A stretch of 64,000 nucleotides of DNA. Source: Hemiscyllium ocellatum (Eukaryota). The stretch spans positions 37,137,731 through 37,201,730 of the forward strand of contig NC_083404.1 of NCBI RefSeq assembly GCF_020745735.1, in the 5' to 3' direction. The translations under genes and the position numbers were made by a program. This document shows, piece by piece, positions 38,360-50,400 of the stretch. The stretch's first letter is position 1. The number at the start of each line of letters is the position of its first letter. Under the pieces are notes generated by a model that was not told the origin of the DNA, made no database searches, and saw nothing but the letters and a program-made list of their open reading frames with translations.

Positions 38360-38960
38360 TCATAGAGTTATTGAGATGTTCAGCACAGAAATAGACCCTT
38401 CGGTCCAACTCGTCAATGCCAACCAGATGTCCTAACCTAGTCTCGTGCAATTTGCCAGCACTTGACCCATATCCCTCTAAACCCATCCCATTCTTATACC
38501 CAACTACAGAGGAACCTCGATTATCCAAATACCAATTATCCGAATATGGGATTATCCGAAGGGGATCTCAAGGTTCTGATAGAATCATGTCAAAGAGCTG
38601 TGGGTGGGGGTGGACGGGGGAAGTGCGGTGTTGGGAGCAGGCGGGGGCGGGGTGGGGGCATACCCAGATGGGCTTGGGGGCAGGCAGGGGGTGGGGGTGG
38701 GCACGGAGAGGGTTTGGGAGCAGGTTGGGGATGGGGACGGATGAGGTTGTGGGGGTGCGGGCAGGGGCTCATGCGCGATGTGCTGCTGCCTAGTCTCCCG
38801 AATGGAGAACAGACTTCACAGAAAACTCCAAGCCCCAGAGGAAATCAATTAACTGAATAATCAATTATCCGAACGCAATAGTGCCCACCCATCTGTTTGG
38901 AATAATCGAGCTTCCTCTGTAAATGCCTTTTAAATGCTGTAATTGAACCAGCCTCTACCA
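38360..38960 (-). mobile_element. CR1 3' fragment hosting a MITE
   Basis: CR1 3'UTR text is continuous across the MITE (atacccaac|ta..ta|aatgcc). Confidence 0.8.
38507..38919. mobile_element. Tc1/mariner (pogo/Tigger-like) MITE, 413 bp
   Basis: 20-bp TIRs CAGAGGAACCTCGATTATCC and reverse-complement CAGAGGAAGCTCGATTATTC (18/20), TA at both ends (38505-6, 38920-1), subterminal ATTATCCGAA repeats. Confidence 0.88.
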
Positions 38961-39069
38961 CTTCCCCTGGCAACTCATGGCATACATGCACCACCATCTG
39001 AGTGGATTTAACATATATGAGTTGGACCAGAAAGTCTGGTTCCATGCTGTACACATCTATGATTCGGTG

Positions 39070-40295
39070 AATCTAAGTGACAAAGAAGACAGAGTGGTGG
39101 ATGTTGTCTATATGGACTTCAGTAATGCATTCAACATGGTTCTGCATAGTACACTGATTAGCAAAGTTAGAACACGTGGAACACAGGGAGAACTAGCCAT
39201 TTTATTACAAACTTTGATGGTTTGATGGTAGGAGACCGAGCATGTTTGTTAAGGGTTGTTTTTCAGACTGTAGGCTTGTGACTAGCAGGCTGCCAAGGAT
39301 TGGTGCTGGGTCCAACACTTTTTGTCATTTATAAAAATGGTTTTAATGTGAATATAACATGTATGCTTAGGAAGTTTGCAAATGACACCAAAATTGGAGA
39401 TGTAGTGAACAGCAAAGAAGGTTACCCCAGAGTACAATGGGACCTTGATCAGATTGGCAAATGGATTAAGGAGTGGCTGATGGAGTTGAATTTAGATAAA
39501 TGTGAGACACTGCATTTTGGTAAGGCAAATCAGGGCAGGACTTGTACATTTTACGGTAATGTCCTGAGGAATGTTACTGAGCAAAGAAACTTTGGAGTGC
39601 AGGTTTGCAGTACCTTGAAAGTGGAGTTGCACGTAGACAGGGTGGAGAAGACATTTGAATACTTGCCTTATTGGTCAGTGCATTGAGTATAGGAGTTGGG
39701 CGGTCATGCTGCAGCTTTGCAGATTGTTGGTTAGGCCACTTTTGAAATACTGCATTCAATTCTGGTCTTCCTGCTATAGGAAAGATGTTATGAAACTTAG
39801 AAGGGTACAGAAAATATTACAAGAAATTTGACAGGGTTGGAGAGTTTGAGCTGTAGGGAGAGGCTGAACAGGCACGGGCTATTTTCCCTGCAGCATCAGA
39901 GGCTGAGGGGGGGGGTCTTATAGAGGTTTATAAAATTATGAGAGGCATGGATAGGGTGAACAGCCAAGGTCTTTTCCCCAGAGTGGGGGAGTCCAAAACT
40001 TGAGCACATAGGTTTAAGATGAGAGGGGAGAGATCTGAAAGTGACCCAAGGAGCAACTTTTCGCACAGAGGGTGGTACTTGTACAAAATGAGATGCCAGA
40101 GGGAGTGGTGGCGACTGGTACAATAACAACATTTAAAAGGCATCTGGATGGGTATATGAATAAGAAGGGTTGAGAGGGATAAGGGCCAAGTGCTGGCAAA
40201 TGGGACTAGATTAATTTAGGCTATCTGGTCGACATGGACAAGTTAGACCGAAGGGTCTGATTCTGTTCTGTATATCTCTATGACTATATGACTCT
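39070..40295 (+). mobile_element. CR1 RT to 3' tail
   Basis: VLGPTLFVIY..FANDTKIG; ctatgactatatgactct end. Confidence 0.9.
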
Positions 40296-40559
40296 GCAAT
40301 GGAAAAGGAAGTGATCATTTTGTAGAATCTGATGATGTTGAGTGCGTCATTCCAAAACCACAGCAAACAACGAATTGTTCCCTCTGGTGATGAAACATTG
40401 ACAGTACATATTGAGTTTCTCACCAACAAAATGGGTGTTACATTAAATCTGGTAAACACTGCCACATAATTCCACACAACAAAAAAAATCTCAAAAGCAT
40501 TTGGAAACTTTAACAAAATAGGAGTTCCAAGGCAGTCACAGGAGTTTATAAAAAAAAGA

Positions 40560-42267
40560 TGAAAACACAGCCTTTGTGTGGAGCCACAGAAAATGGGGGA
40601 GATACTAAATGAATATCTTGCATCAGTATTTACTGTGGAAAAGGATATGGAAGATGTAGGGAAATAGATGGTGACATCTTGCAAAATGTCCAGATTACAG
40701 AGGAGGAAGTGCTGGATGTCTTGAAATGGTTACGGGTGGATAAATCCCCAGGAACTGATCAGATATACCCGAGAACTCTGTGGGAAGCTAGAGAAGTGAT
40801 TGCTGGGCCTCTTGCTGAGATATTTGTATCATCGATAGTCACAGGTGAGGTGCCGGAAGACTGGAGGTTGGCAAAAGTGGTGCCACTGTTTAATAAGGCC
40901 GGTAAAGACAAGCCAGGGAACTATAGACTGGTGAGCCTGACCTCGGTGGTGGGCAAGTTGTTGGAGGGAATCCTGAGGGACAGGATGTACATGTATTTAG
41001 AAAGGCAAAGACTGATTTGGGAAAGTCAACATGGCTATGTACGTGGGAAATCATGTCTCACAAACTTGATTGAGTTTTTTGAAGAAGTAACAAAGAAGAT
41101 TGATGAGGGCAGAGCAGTGGATGTGATCGAGATGGACATCAGTGAGACGTTCGACAAGGTTCCCCATGGGAGACTGATTAGCAAGGTTAGATCTCATGGA
41201 ATACAGGTAGAACTAGCCATTTGGATACAGAACTGGAAGATAGAGGGTGATGGTGGAGGGTTGTTTTTCAGACTGGAGGCCTGTGACCAGTGGAGTGCCA
41301 AAAGGATCAGTGCTGGGCCCTCTACTTTTTGTCATTTACATAAATGATTTGGATGCGAGCATAAGAGGTACAGTTAATAAGTTTGCAGATGACACCAAAA
41401 TTGAAGGTGTAGTGGACAGCGAAGAGATTACAACAGGATCCGGACCAGATGGGCCAATGGGCTGAGAAGTGGCTGATGGAGTTTAATTCAGATAAATGCA
41501 AGGCGCTGCATTTTGAGAAAGCAAATCTTAGCAGGATTTATATACTTAATGGAAAGGTCCTAGAGAGTGTTGCTGAACAAAGAGACCTTGGAGTGCAGGT
41601 TCATAGCTCCTTGAATGTGGAGTCACAGGTAGATAGGATAATGAAGAAGGCATTCGGTATGCTTTCCTTTATTGGTCAGAGTATTGAGTGCAGGAGTTAG
41701 GAGGTCATGTTGCAGCTGTACTGGACATTGGTTAGGCCACTGTTGGAATATTGCATGCAATTTTGGTTTCCTTCCTATCGTAAAGATGTTGTGAAACTTG
41801 AAAGGGTTCAGAAAAGATTTACAAGGATATTGCCCGGGTTGGAGGATTTAAGCTACAGGGAGAGGCTGAACAGCTTGGAGCTGAGGGATGACCTTATAGA
41901 GGTTTACAAAATTATGAGGAGCATGGATAGGATAAATAGACAAAGTCTTTTCCCTGGAGTTGGGGAGTCCAGAACTAGAGGGCATAGTTTTAGGGTGAGA
42001 GGGGAAAGATATAAAAGAGACCTTCTGTGCAACGTTTTCACACAGAGGGTGGTACGTGTATGGAATGAGCTGCCAGAGGATGTGGTGGAGGCTGGTGCAA
42101 TTGCAACATTTAAAAGACAATTGGATGGGTATATGAATAGGAAGAGTTTGGTGGGATATGGGCCAGGTGCTGGTAGGTGGGAACAGATTGGGTTGGATAT
42201 CTGGTCGGCATGGATGGGTTGGACCAAAGGGTCTGTTTCCATGCTGTACATCTCTATGACTCTATGA
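40560..42267 (+). mobile_element. CR1 RT to 3' tail, comparatively well preserved
   Basis: ORFs 40679-41347 and 41707-42267 give the RT domain and C-terminus; ctatgactctatga tail. Confidence 0.93.
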
Positions 42268-43098
42268 CATAACATGAAAAGATATTCAACACGAATGGTC
42301 AAAAGCTTTAAAGGTTTTTGATAACAAGACTTAAAGTAATGTGGCATCTTTCAGAACAAGTCAAAATGTCAAAGTATTTAGAACAACCACAGAGCAATGT
42401 AGCAGAGAAGAATCACATTCAGCTCATCATATATCATAGTCAACAAAATACTTTCTGAAACATAGTAATTCAGCATATGTGACAACTAACTCGATAAGTC
42501 AAACAAATTGCTCAAATAGCAATATCTGAATGACCAGATAATCCTATAGTTTTCAGTAAGGAATAGATATTGTCCAGGAAAAGACTTCTGTTAAAATTAT
42601 GCCATGGATCCCATACATCCATTGGAATGGGCAGACAGATCTTCATCTTCACAAGACAGCACCTCCAACAGTGTAGGATTTCCTTAGTACGACATTGGAA
42701 AAATCAGTCCAGTCTTTTGTGCTCAATTCCTGAATCTCACAATCTACAAAGGCAAGAGTGCTACCAACTGAACCACAACTGAACCACATCTGACATTAGA
42801 TTTATGGAGAATCTTGAAGTGTCTGGGGACTCTTAGAAAAATTAAGATTCAAGAAGCTAAAGGCACAACCGCTGATAATGAAGCAAGGAGAATAAACTTG
42901 GGAAAATAGCCGCCAAAATTAAAGGAGTGCAAATAATTTTGGAGGGTTATAGGGCGTTCCACAGTCACAGATGGATATACGAATAGAGGAATTTTGAAAC
43001 AGTGAGAATTTGAATTGAAGTATTGCTTAATCAAGAATTAATGCAAGCCAGTAAGCACTGGGCGAATGGAAGAATGGAAGTGGCTGCTGGTTAGGACA

Positions 43099-43413
43099 TA
43101 GATTAGATTAGATTACTTACAGTGTGGAAACAGGCCCTTCAGCCCAACAAGTCCACACCGACCCGCCGAAGCGCAACCCACCTATATCCTAGATTTACCC
43201 CTTACCTTACACTACAGGCAATTGAGCATGACCAATTCACCTGACTCGCACATTTTTGGACCGTGGGAGGAAACCGGAGCACCCGGAGGAAACCCACGCA
43301 GACACAGGGAGAACGTGCAAACTCCACACAGTCAGTCGCCTGAGTTGGGAAATGAACCCGGGTCTCAGGCGCTGTGAGACAGCAGTGCTAACCACTGTGC
43401 CACCGTGCCGCCC
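43099..43413 (-). mobile_element. HE1-type V-SINE, near full length
   Basis: Reverse-complement of the 10592 copy including GGGCGGCACGGTGGCACAGTGG head. Confidence 0.9.
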
Positions 43414-43444
43414 ACAAGGCTGCAGACATTGATTGATTGATTGA

Positions 43445-43730
43445 CTAAATGATTGTCATGTGTAGCAAAGTACAGTGAAAAACTTTGTTTATGAGCAGTA
43501 CAGGCTGGTCATAGTAAGCAAGGATGTACAGAGGGCACACCACCTTCTGTAGTTTCTTAAAGTCCTGGGCAGAGCAGTTGCCATACTGGGCCATTATGCA
43601 CCTGGACAGAATGCTTTCAATAGTGTATCTGTAGATGTTGTTGAGGGTCCTTATGGACATGCCAAAATTTCCTGACCCAGCTGAAGAAGAGGAGATGTTG
43701 TTGTGCCTTCTTGACCATCACATCTACTTC
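43445..43730 (-). mobile_element. Rex1/Babar-like LINE 3' fragment (related tail about 47760-48005 on +)
   Basis: TIESILSRCIMAQYGNCSAQDFKKLQKVV resembles the Rex1/Babar RT C-terminal motif; ttcaagaacagcttcttcccc at 47.8 kb. Confidence 0.6.
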
Positions 43731-44149
43731 AAGTTTACAGAGAGTAAGCCACTGAAGCGGCCAGGAATGCAATAAAAAATCGTATCTGGAGGTAACTAAG
43801 GAATGGGTGAAGGTTTCAGTAACAAATGAGCTAATGCAGGGGAAGAGTTGGACAACTTAACAGTGGAGGTTTTGATTTGCATGATGCTGTGAATATGAAG
43901 AGCTCAGGTCAGGATAAAGGTGTGAGACATGTGCAGCCTCAGATATTTGCCAAGCAGAGGCATGGAAATGGAAAAGCGGAGGTAGTTTATTGTAGAGACT
44001 AATGACAATGGGCTCAGTCTGTTCAAAACTAAATTGGAGGAAATTTTTCTTAATCCAATATTGCATGTTGGAGAAGCGGTGTGGCAATTTAGTGACAGTG
44101 GAGGAATCACAAGATGTGATGATGTACTAGAGTATGGAGTTGTAGCTGA

Positions 44150-46140
44150 CACAAACTGATATTATAACCAGGGAAATAGTGAGGAAAGAGATCAATCTGA
44201 GATTGGTACAGTTGGGAAAAGGAGCAAGTCAAACACTCAGGGCAGGCAGGAGCAAAGCAGAAAGCAAGGTAGGACTGATAAATTAAACTGTATTTATTTC
44301 CATGCAAGAAGCGTAACGGGGATGGCAGATGAACTCAGGGTAGATTAGGAACATGGGATTGGGATATCATAGCAATTACAGAAATATGGCTCATGGATGG
44401 ACAGGACTGGCAGTTCAATTTTCCAGTATACAAATACTACAGGAAGGATAGAAAGGGAGACAAGAGAGGAAGGGGTGCGGCGTTTTTGATAAGGGATAAC
44501 ATTACTGCTGTACTGAGGAAGAAATACATCCAAGGAAGTTATTTGGGTGGAACTGAGAAATAAGAAAGGGATGATCACCTTATTGGGATTGTATTATAGA
44601 CCTCCTAATAGTCAGCGCAAAATTGAGAAACATATTTGTAAGGAGATTTCAGTTATTTGGAAGAATAATATGGTGTTTATAATAGGGGATTTTCATTTTC
44701 CAAACATAGACTGGGACTGCCATAGTATTAAAGGTTTAGATGGAGAGGAATTTGTTAAGTTTGTACAAGAAAATTTTCTGATTCAGTATGTAGATGTACC
44801 TACTAGAGAACTAGTAGGACTACTTCTTGACCTACTTTTGGGAAATTAAGCAGAGCCGGTGACTGGGGTGTCATTTGGGGGGTATTTTGAGATGAATGAC
44901 CATAATTCTAATTGTTTTAAAGTAGTCATGGAAAAGGATCAAAATGTTAAAGGAAGGCTAATTTTGACAGTATTGAGCAAGGACTTTCAAAAGCTGATTG
45001 GCGGCAGATGTTCACAGTTAAAGGGATGGTTGGAAAATGGGAAGCTTTCAAAAATGAGATAACAAGAGTTCAGAGACACAATATTACTTGTGAAAGAAAA
45101 GGTTGGTAGGTGTAGGGAATGCTGGATGACTAGAGAAATTGAGGTTTTGGTTAAGAAAAAGAAGGAAGCATATGTCAGGTATAGCCAGGATAATTCAAAT
45201 GGATCCTTAGAAGAGTATAAAGGCAGTAGGAGTATACTTAAGTGGGAAATCAGGAGGCCAAAAAGGGGGCAGAGTTAAGGAGAATCCAAAGGGATCCAAA
45301 CACACGTCATGTTGACCACCCCTAATCAGTCCTTGCCTTTCCAAACGCATGTAAATTCTGTCCATCAGAATCCCCTCCAACAACTTACTCACCATTGATA
45401 TCAGATTCACCAATCTACAGTTCGCTGGCTTTTCCTTATCAACTTTCTTAAATAATGGCACCACATTAACCAATCTACAGTCTTCTGGTGCCTTGCCCAT
45501 AGCTATCGATGATACAAATATCTCAGAAAGGAGCCCAACAATCTTTACCTAGCTTCCCACAAAGTTCTGGTGTATACCAGATCAGGCCCCAGGAATGTAC
45601 CCACCATTATGTGTTTTAAGATGTGCAGCACCTCCTGCTCTGCAACATAAACATTTTCAAGATATCACTATTTATTTCCCCAAGTTCTCTAGCTTCCACA
45701 TCCTTCTCCATGTAAACATGGATGCGAAATACTCATTTAGTATCTCACCTAACTCCTGCACTTCTACCCATAGGCAGCCTTATTGATCTTTAAGGGACTC
45801 TATTCGCTCCCTAGTTACTCTTTTCTCCTTAACATATTTGTAGAATATATTAAGAATCTTTTTCAATTCTTCATGACTATCACACATCACCTTTTTGCCC
45901 TCTTGATTTCCATCTTGAATATGCTCCATTTACCTTATACTTGTCAGGGATTCACTTGATCACTGTTGTCTATACTTAACATATACATCCTTCTTTTCCT
46001 TGACTATAGCCTGAATTTCTGTCATCATCCAATATTCCCTACACCCACTAGCCTTGCCTTTTGCACTAATAGGAACATACTATCTCTAAACTGTCATTAT
46101 CACATTTTTTAAGGCCTCCCACTTTCTACTGGTCCCATTA
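44150..46140. mobile_element. Two CR1 ORF2 fragments tail-to-tail (APE on + 44150-45290; pre-RT/RT on - 45295-46140)
   Basis: ELRNKKGMITLLGLYYRPPNS on +; VNVVPLFKK..LLEGIL on -. Confidence 0.85.
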
Positions 46141-46399
46141 CCTGTGAACCAATAACAGTTCATCAATTTGGGAGATATTCTTATCTGAAGATAGTCTTGA
46201 AAGCAACCCCTCTGTAGTATCTCTTAACAAAATTGCACAATAATCACTACGAAGAAAGTTATTTGGTGCATTTTAATGTAACCATTTTAAATCCTCTTTA
46301 TTGTAGTATCAAACAGCAGGTTTAGAGAATGAAAGTAATGATGATTAGAATTAGATAGATTGGGTTGAAAAGCAGTCAGAATTACGATATGATGTCACA

Positions 46400-47450
46400 T
46401 GGAGAAGCAATAATTAGTTCTGCTCAATAGGAATGTAATTTCGCAAATTAAATTCTGAAATTAGAAATCTATACCAAACATCTCTCTGTTACTATGTGGA
46501 AAGTACATGTAAAAACCCCTCCATCTTTAACTGAGAGTTTCAGTTCAATTACTGATTAGCTTACTTATCTTTATACTGGTGACAGTGAAAAACATGATAC
46601 AAAGAGAGAAGTTAATATTCTAGGGGAGAAAATGAAGGAGTTAGAGTTTGTGTTCATGATAGAACCTTGGAATCATTTGTTAGATCACTTCTACAAATCT
46701 AACAATGCCCTGCAGAATAGCAGGGATAACACTCAGTGCATGTGCAAAGCTTTACATATCACTGTCTCACTCTTTGAAAGAAACTCCCAAAAGTTTTGAA
46801 GAATTTTAACTCAAAACAAAAGAAGATCTTTTTTCTATGTAAACTACATGCGTGATTAAAAGGGAAAGAATGTGAAAAAAGAAAGGTGATGGTGATGCAC
46901 TTAATGTTGATGAAATGCTCTCATCAAGAATCAAGTTTTGAATTAAATCCTTTCTGCCTAAGGATGGATTTACCAGAAACTAACTTGAACAAAACAGCAA
47001 TTGCATGAAAATGTTGCAAACAGTTTTTCAGAAGTGCAAAATGTCTGATGAAAAATATCTTTGTGATATTAATATTAATTTTCTTGGAGAACAAAAAAAA
47101 ACACCTTTCCTTCAAAGAAAGCTTTTCAGGTAAAAAAAAATATATACTGCCAGGGCCTGTAGAAGTCATCTTCTGAGATAGAATTCAGTTGGTTATCCCT
47201 GATGGAGAAGCAATACTGTGGCTCTTTTTTCAGGAGAGTTACTGAGGAGAAAGGTGATCAGCTCAGCTGAGAAACGTCAAGCATGAGTTGCAGCCAACAA
47301 TGGTATAAGGAAAGTTGTCTGCACAAAGCATTATGTGCATAAGAAGAGATAAATGTCATAGCTTATCAGTTGAAGACATCATCAGATAAATTTCTAATTG
47401 AAAATATGAAAGGAGAGTATTTTAACACTTTTGCAGGTTGTTTTGTTGCA
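46400..47450 (+). mobile_element. Degenerate hAT transposase relic
   Basis: Hand translation about 46580-46800 gives HDTKREVNILGEKMKELEFVFMIEPWNHLLDHFYKSNNALQ, then LSSRIKF*IKSFLP near 46920, resembling hAT (ZMYM1-like) transposase middle region; many stops; TIRs not identified. Confidence 0.6.
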
Positions 47451-50400
47451 CCCATTTTGTAAGTACTAATCTGTGTTATTGTTCTTGTGTTGCTGCAGGT
47501 TAAATGATGTCAGAGATGCTAATTAAGAAAACATAAAGTACTTTCATTTGAAGGTATTTCATAATGCCAATTGGCTTATTGCAAGATGCACATTTTATTA
47601 GATTTTAGTTGTTATTGCATCTTCACCTATGTATATATGCAAAAAGCTTTGACGTTTCTATTTTCATTGTCCTTTCAATGAGAATGATACACTTTTTGAT
47701 AATGTTATAAGCCTCTTAAGTTTGGCATTGCTGATGGCCTCAGCATGTCTTAATCCAACCCTAACAAGGACAGGCAGCTAGATTTGAACACATGTACGAA
47801 CAGATTCAAGAACAGCTTCTTCCCCACTATTTTTGAATGGAGCTCTTAAATGATAATGTTAACCTCTTGCTCTCTGTACCTTCTCTGCAGTTGTAACCCT
47901 ACATTTTGCACTCTGTTCTGTTACCCTGATGCACGTTGTATAGTATGATCTACCTGTAGAGCACACAAAACAACAGTTTTCACTGAATTTTGGTACATAT
48001 GACAACACTAAAACAACAAACAACCAATAAGTTTGGAAATGACCATTGCCTGGTAAGTGTGCAGGCAGCAACCTAAATTTGTTGGGTTGGCCAAATGAGA
48101 AAAGGTCAATCAGTCAGATGGTGACTTCATGCTTTTTGTGTTCTCTGAATGAATAATATCCACTTATGAGTTTATTTACATGATTTATTGCATTTTTTCA
48201 TTTTAAAAAGACTTATTCCATTATGATATAATTATAAATGATTAATAACATTTAAATATTTACTGACTTTGTTAATTCCCACTTGTTATTTCCTCCTGGT
48301 AAATGCTGAAGCAACATAATTACTTAATATTCCTGCCTTTGTTTCAGAAAAATATTTGCTGGCAGCCATTCTATTTCCCAATATTGTTATATTAATAGAT
48401 TATTTTAAAAGATAATATTGCTTCCACCTGTATTTGCTTGCATAGTTTTTAAAAGATGATGTAAGAGAGTACTGGAGGCAACAAAGAAGACCGCATTAAA
48501 TGAGATACTGACGTAAAATGTGTTACAGTTCTGGAGCCGACTGAACAGAATAAAGATGACCAGAACTTCATTGGTTGTTCGAATTACTAGTCTCAATGCT
48601 AGAAACTTCACTGATTCAACAGTTAGTTAATATAATTTCCTGTTTTCTCAACTGCAGGATGTTTGTCTGAGAACAGGAAGTTGGGAGAATGCTCTGAACA
48701 GAACACAACCATAAAATATTTATTCTGTAGAATGTTTAAGAGAACGGTGTAAAATGTGTTCATATTTTTGCTTACAACTCTGAACATTGTGTCAAATGTT
48801 CTATTTTACCTCACCTCTCTTTTAAAATGTATTTATCCAATTTATTTTTTAGAAATTTACTGTTGAATCTGTTCCTACCACCTTTTCAGACGGCGTTTCC
48901 CACATCATCACTCATTATGTAAAAATAAAACTGTTCATCTCCCTTTGGTATTTTACCAATTGCTTTAAATTTGTTTTCTGGCCATCTGACACCAAGTAGT
49001 TTCTCCTGATTTACTGTATCAAAACTCATCATTGTTTGCACTTTTGCAATAAATCTCCCCTTTAAACTGTACCGCTGTGAGGAGTTGCTGCCTGACCGGC
49101 TGTGCTTTTCCAGCACCACTCTAATCTAGACTCTGATTTCCAGCATCTGCAGCCCTCACTTTTGCCTGCTGTGCAGAGAACAATTCCAACGCTTCCGAGC
49201 TCTCGTGAGGGCATAAATAAAAGCTGTCATCCCACCACCTCCCCACCCCCATTGTAATCTAATCCAGCAAATCTTATCCATGTCCTCTCCATAGTCTTGT
49301 CTATTTTCTAAACGTTAGTGCCCAAAATCGAATACAATACACGAGCTGAAACCAACTGATGCTGTATAAATGTTCATCTCGAATTCTGTAACGTTATACT
49401 CAATATTTATATTTATGTGGGGGACATAACCTAGAACCTTCAATGTACAGTATATACTTTGCATCAGTGCTCTAGGTGCTTTAAACATCAGTTTTGCACC
49501 TCATTGCCCGTGGCGCAATGAAGAAATAATCACATTTTCAGGGACAGTTGTCTCAGTGGAAGCAATTGTCGCCGGTAGTTGTAACTCGGCATTCAGTCAA
49601 GTCTATTAAAACAGTTATTTAACTTGTGTTAGAAATTGCGTAAAACTCATCTACAAAACGTGTGTTATTTTTGGCCTTAAAATGAATAGTTTGACGGCTT
49701 TGTGCTGCATTCTAGTTGGGCCATTTGTCTCAACAATTTAGAAAATACGATCATTTTTCTTAAGATTCGGATTGTTTAAAATGCAAACTGTATTTAGAGA
49801 AGGAAAAAATAGATTAAATAGCAGAGAACATAAGGGAGGTGAGGAGAGGGTAATCCGCCCTGGCTTTACATAAAATTTTCAGAATTACAGCGTGGGAGCT
49901 GTCGAGGTTAAAAAACAAAACCTCCAAAACTCCAGATGTCGAGAGTCGTTCACTCTCTTTAACAGATGTGGTTAGTGTGACCGAGAATCCGTCCGTTAGT
50001 TATGCGGAGAAGGAGCTTAGCTTCTTTCTATAGTTTGAACAAATCAGCCGTTCAAATCCGTTCCTTAACTGCCAAGGTGAGGTTTCAGGGACAACGAACC
50101 ATTTCTGACATTGGTGAAGTTAGAGCTGTTTTTATTTTAAAGTCTCGCAGGACACCATTGTGGAGGGAGTGTGTGTGTGTGGGGGGGGGGGGGGGGGATG
50201 GAAAGAGTGACTGTGAACTTTGAAAAGTAAAGTTTGACGTTTTTTCACTGAGTTCGTTGAAAAGTTCCCGTAACCAGTCAGACATGAATAATACAGACAA
50301 CCGGAGACAGGGGCCAGTAATATTGTCGGGGATACAATACCGATGTCACATCCCGAACTGGGAGAGGGTATTCCAGTCATTAAAGTTTTTTAATTCATTT

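Noticed and set aside
32557-42267. Many 100-220 aa ORFs as host genes
   Set aside because: All translate to CR1 ORF1, endonuclease or RT fragments, or their antisense frames.
47499-48746. Exon-like AG..GT segments suggesting a lncRNA
   Set aside because: No coding signal or chain of compatible exons; such sites are common in AT-rich DNA.
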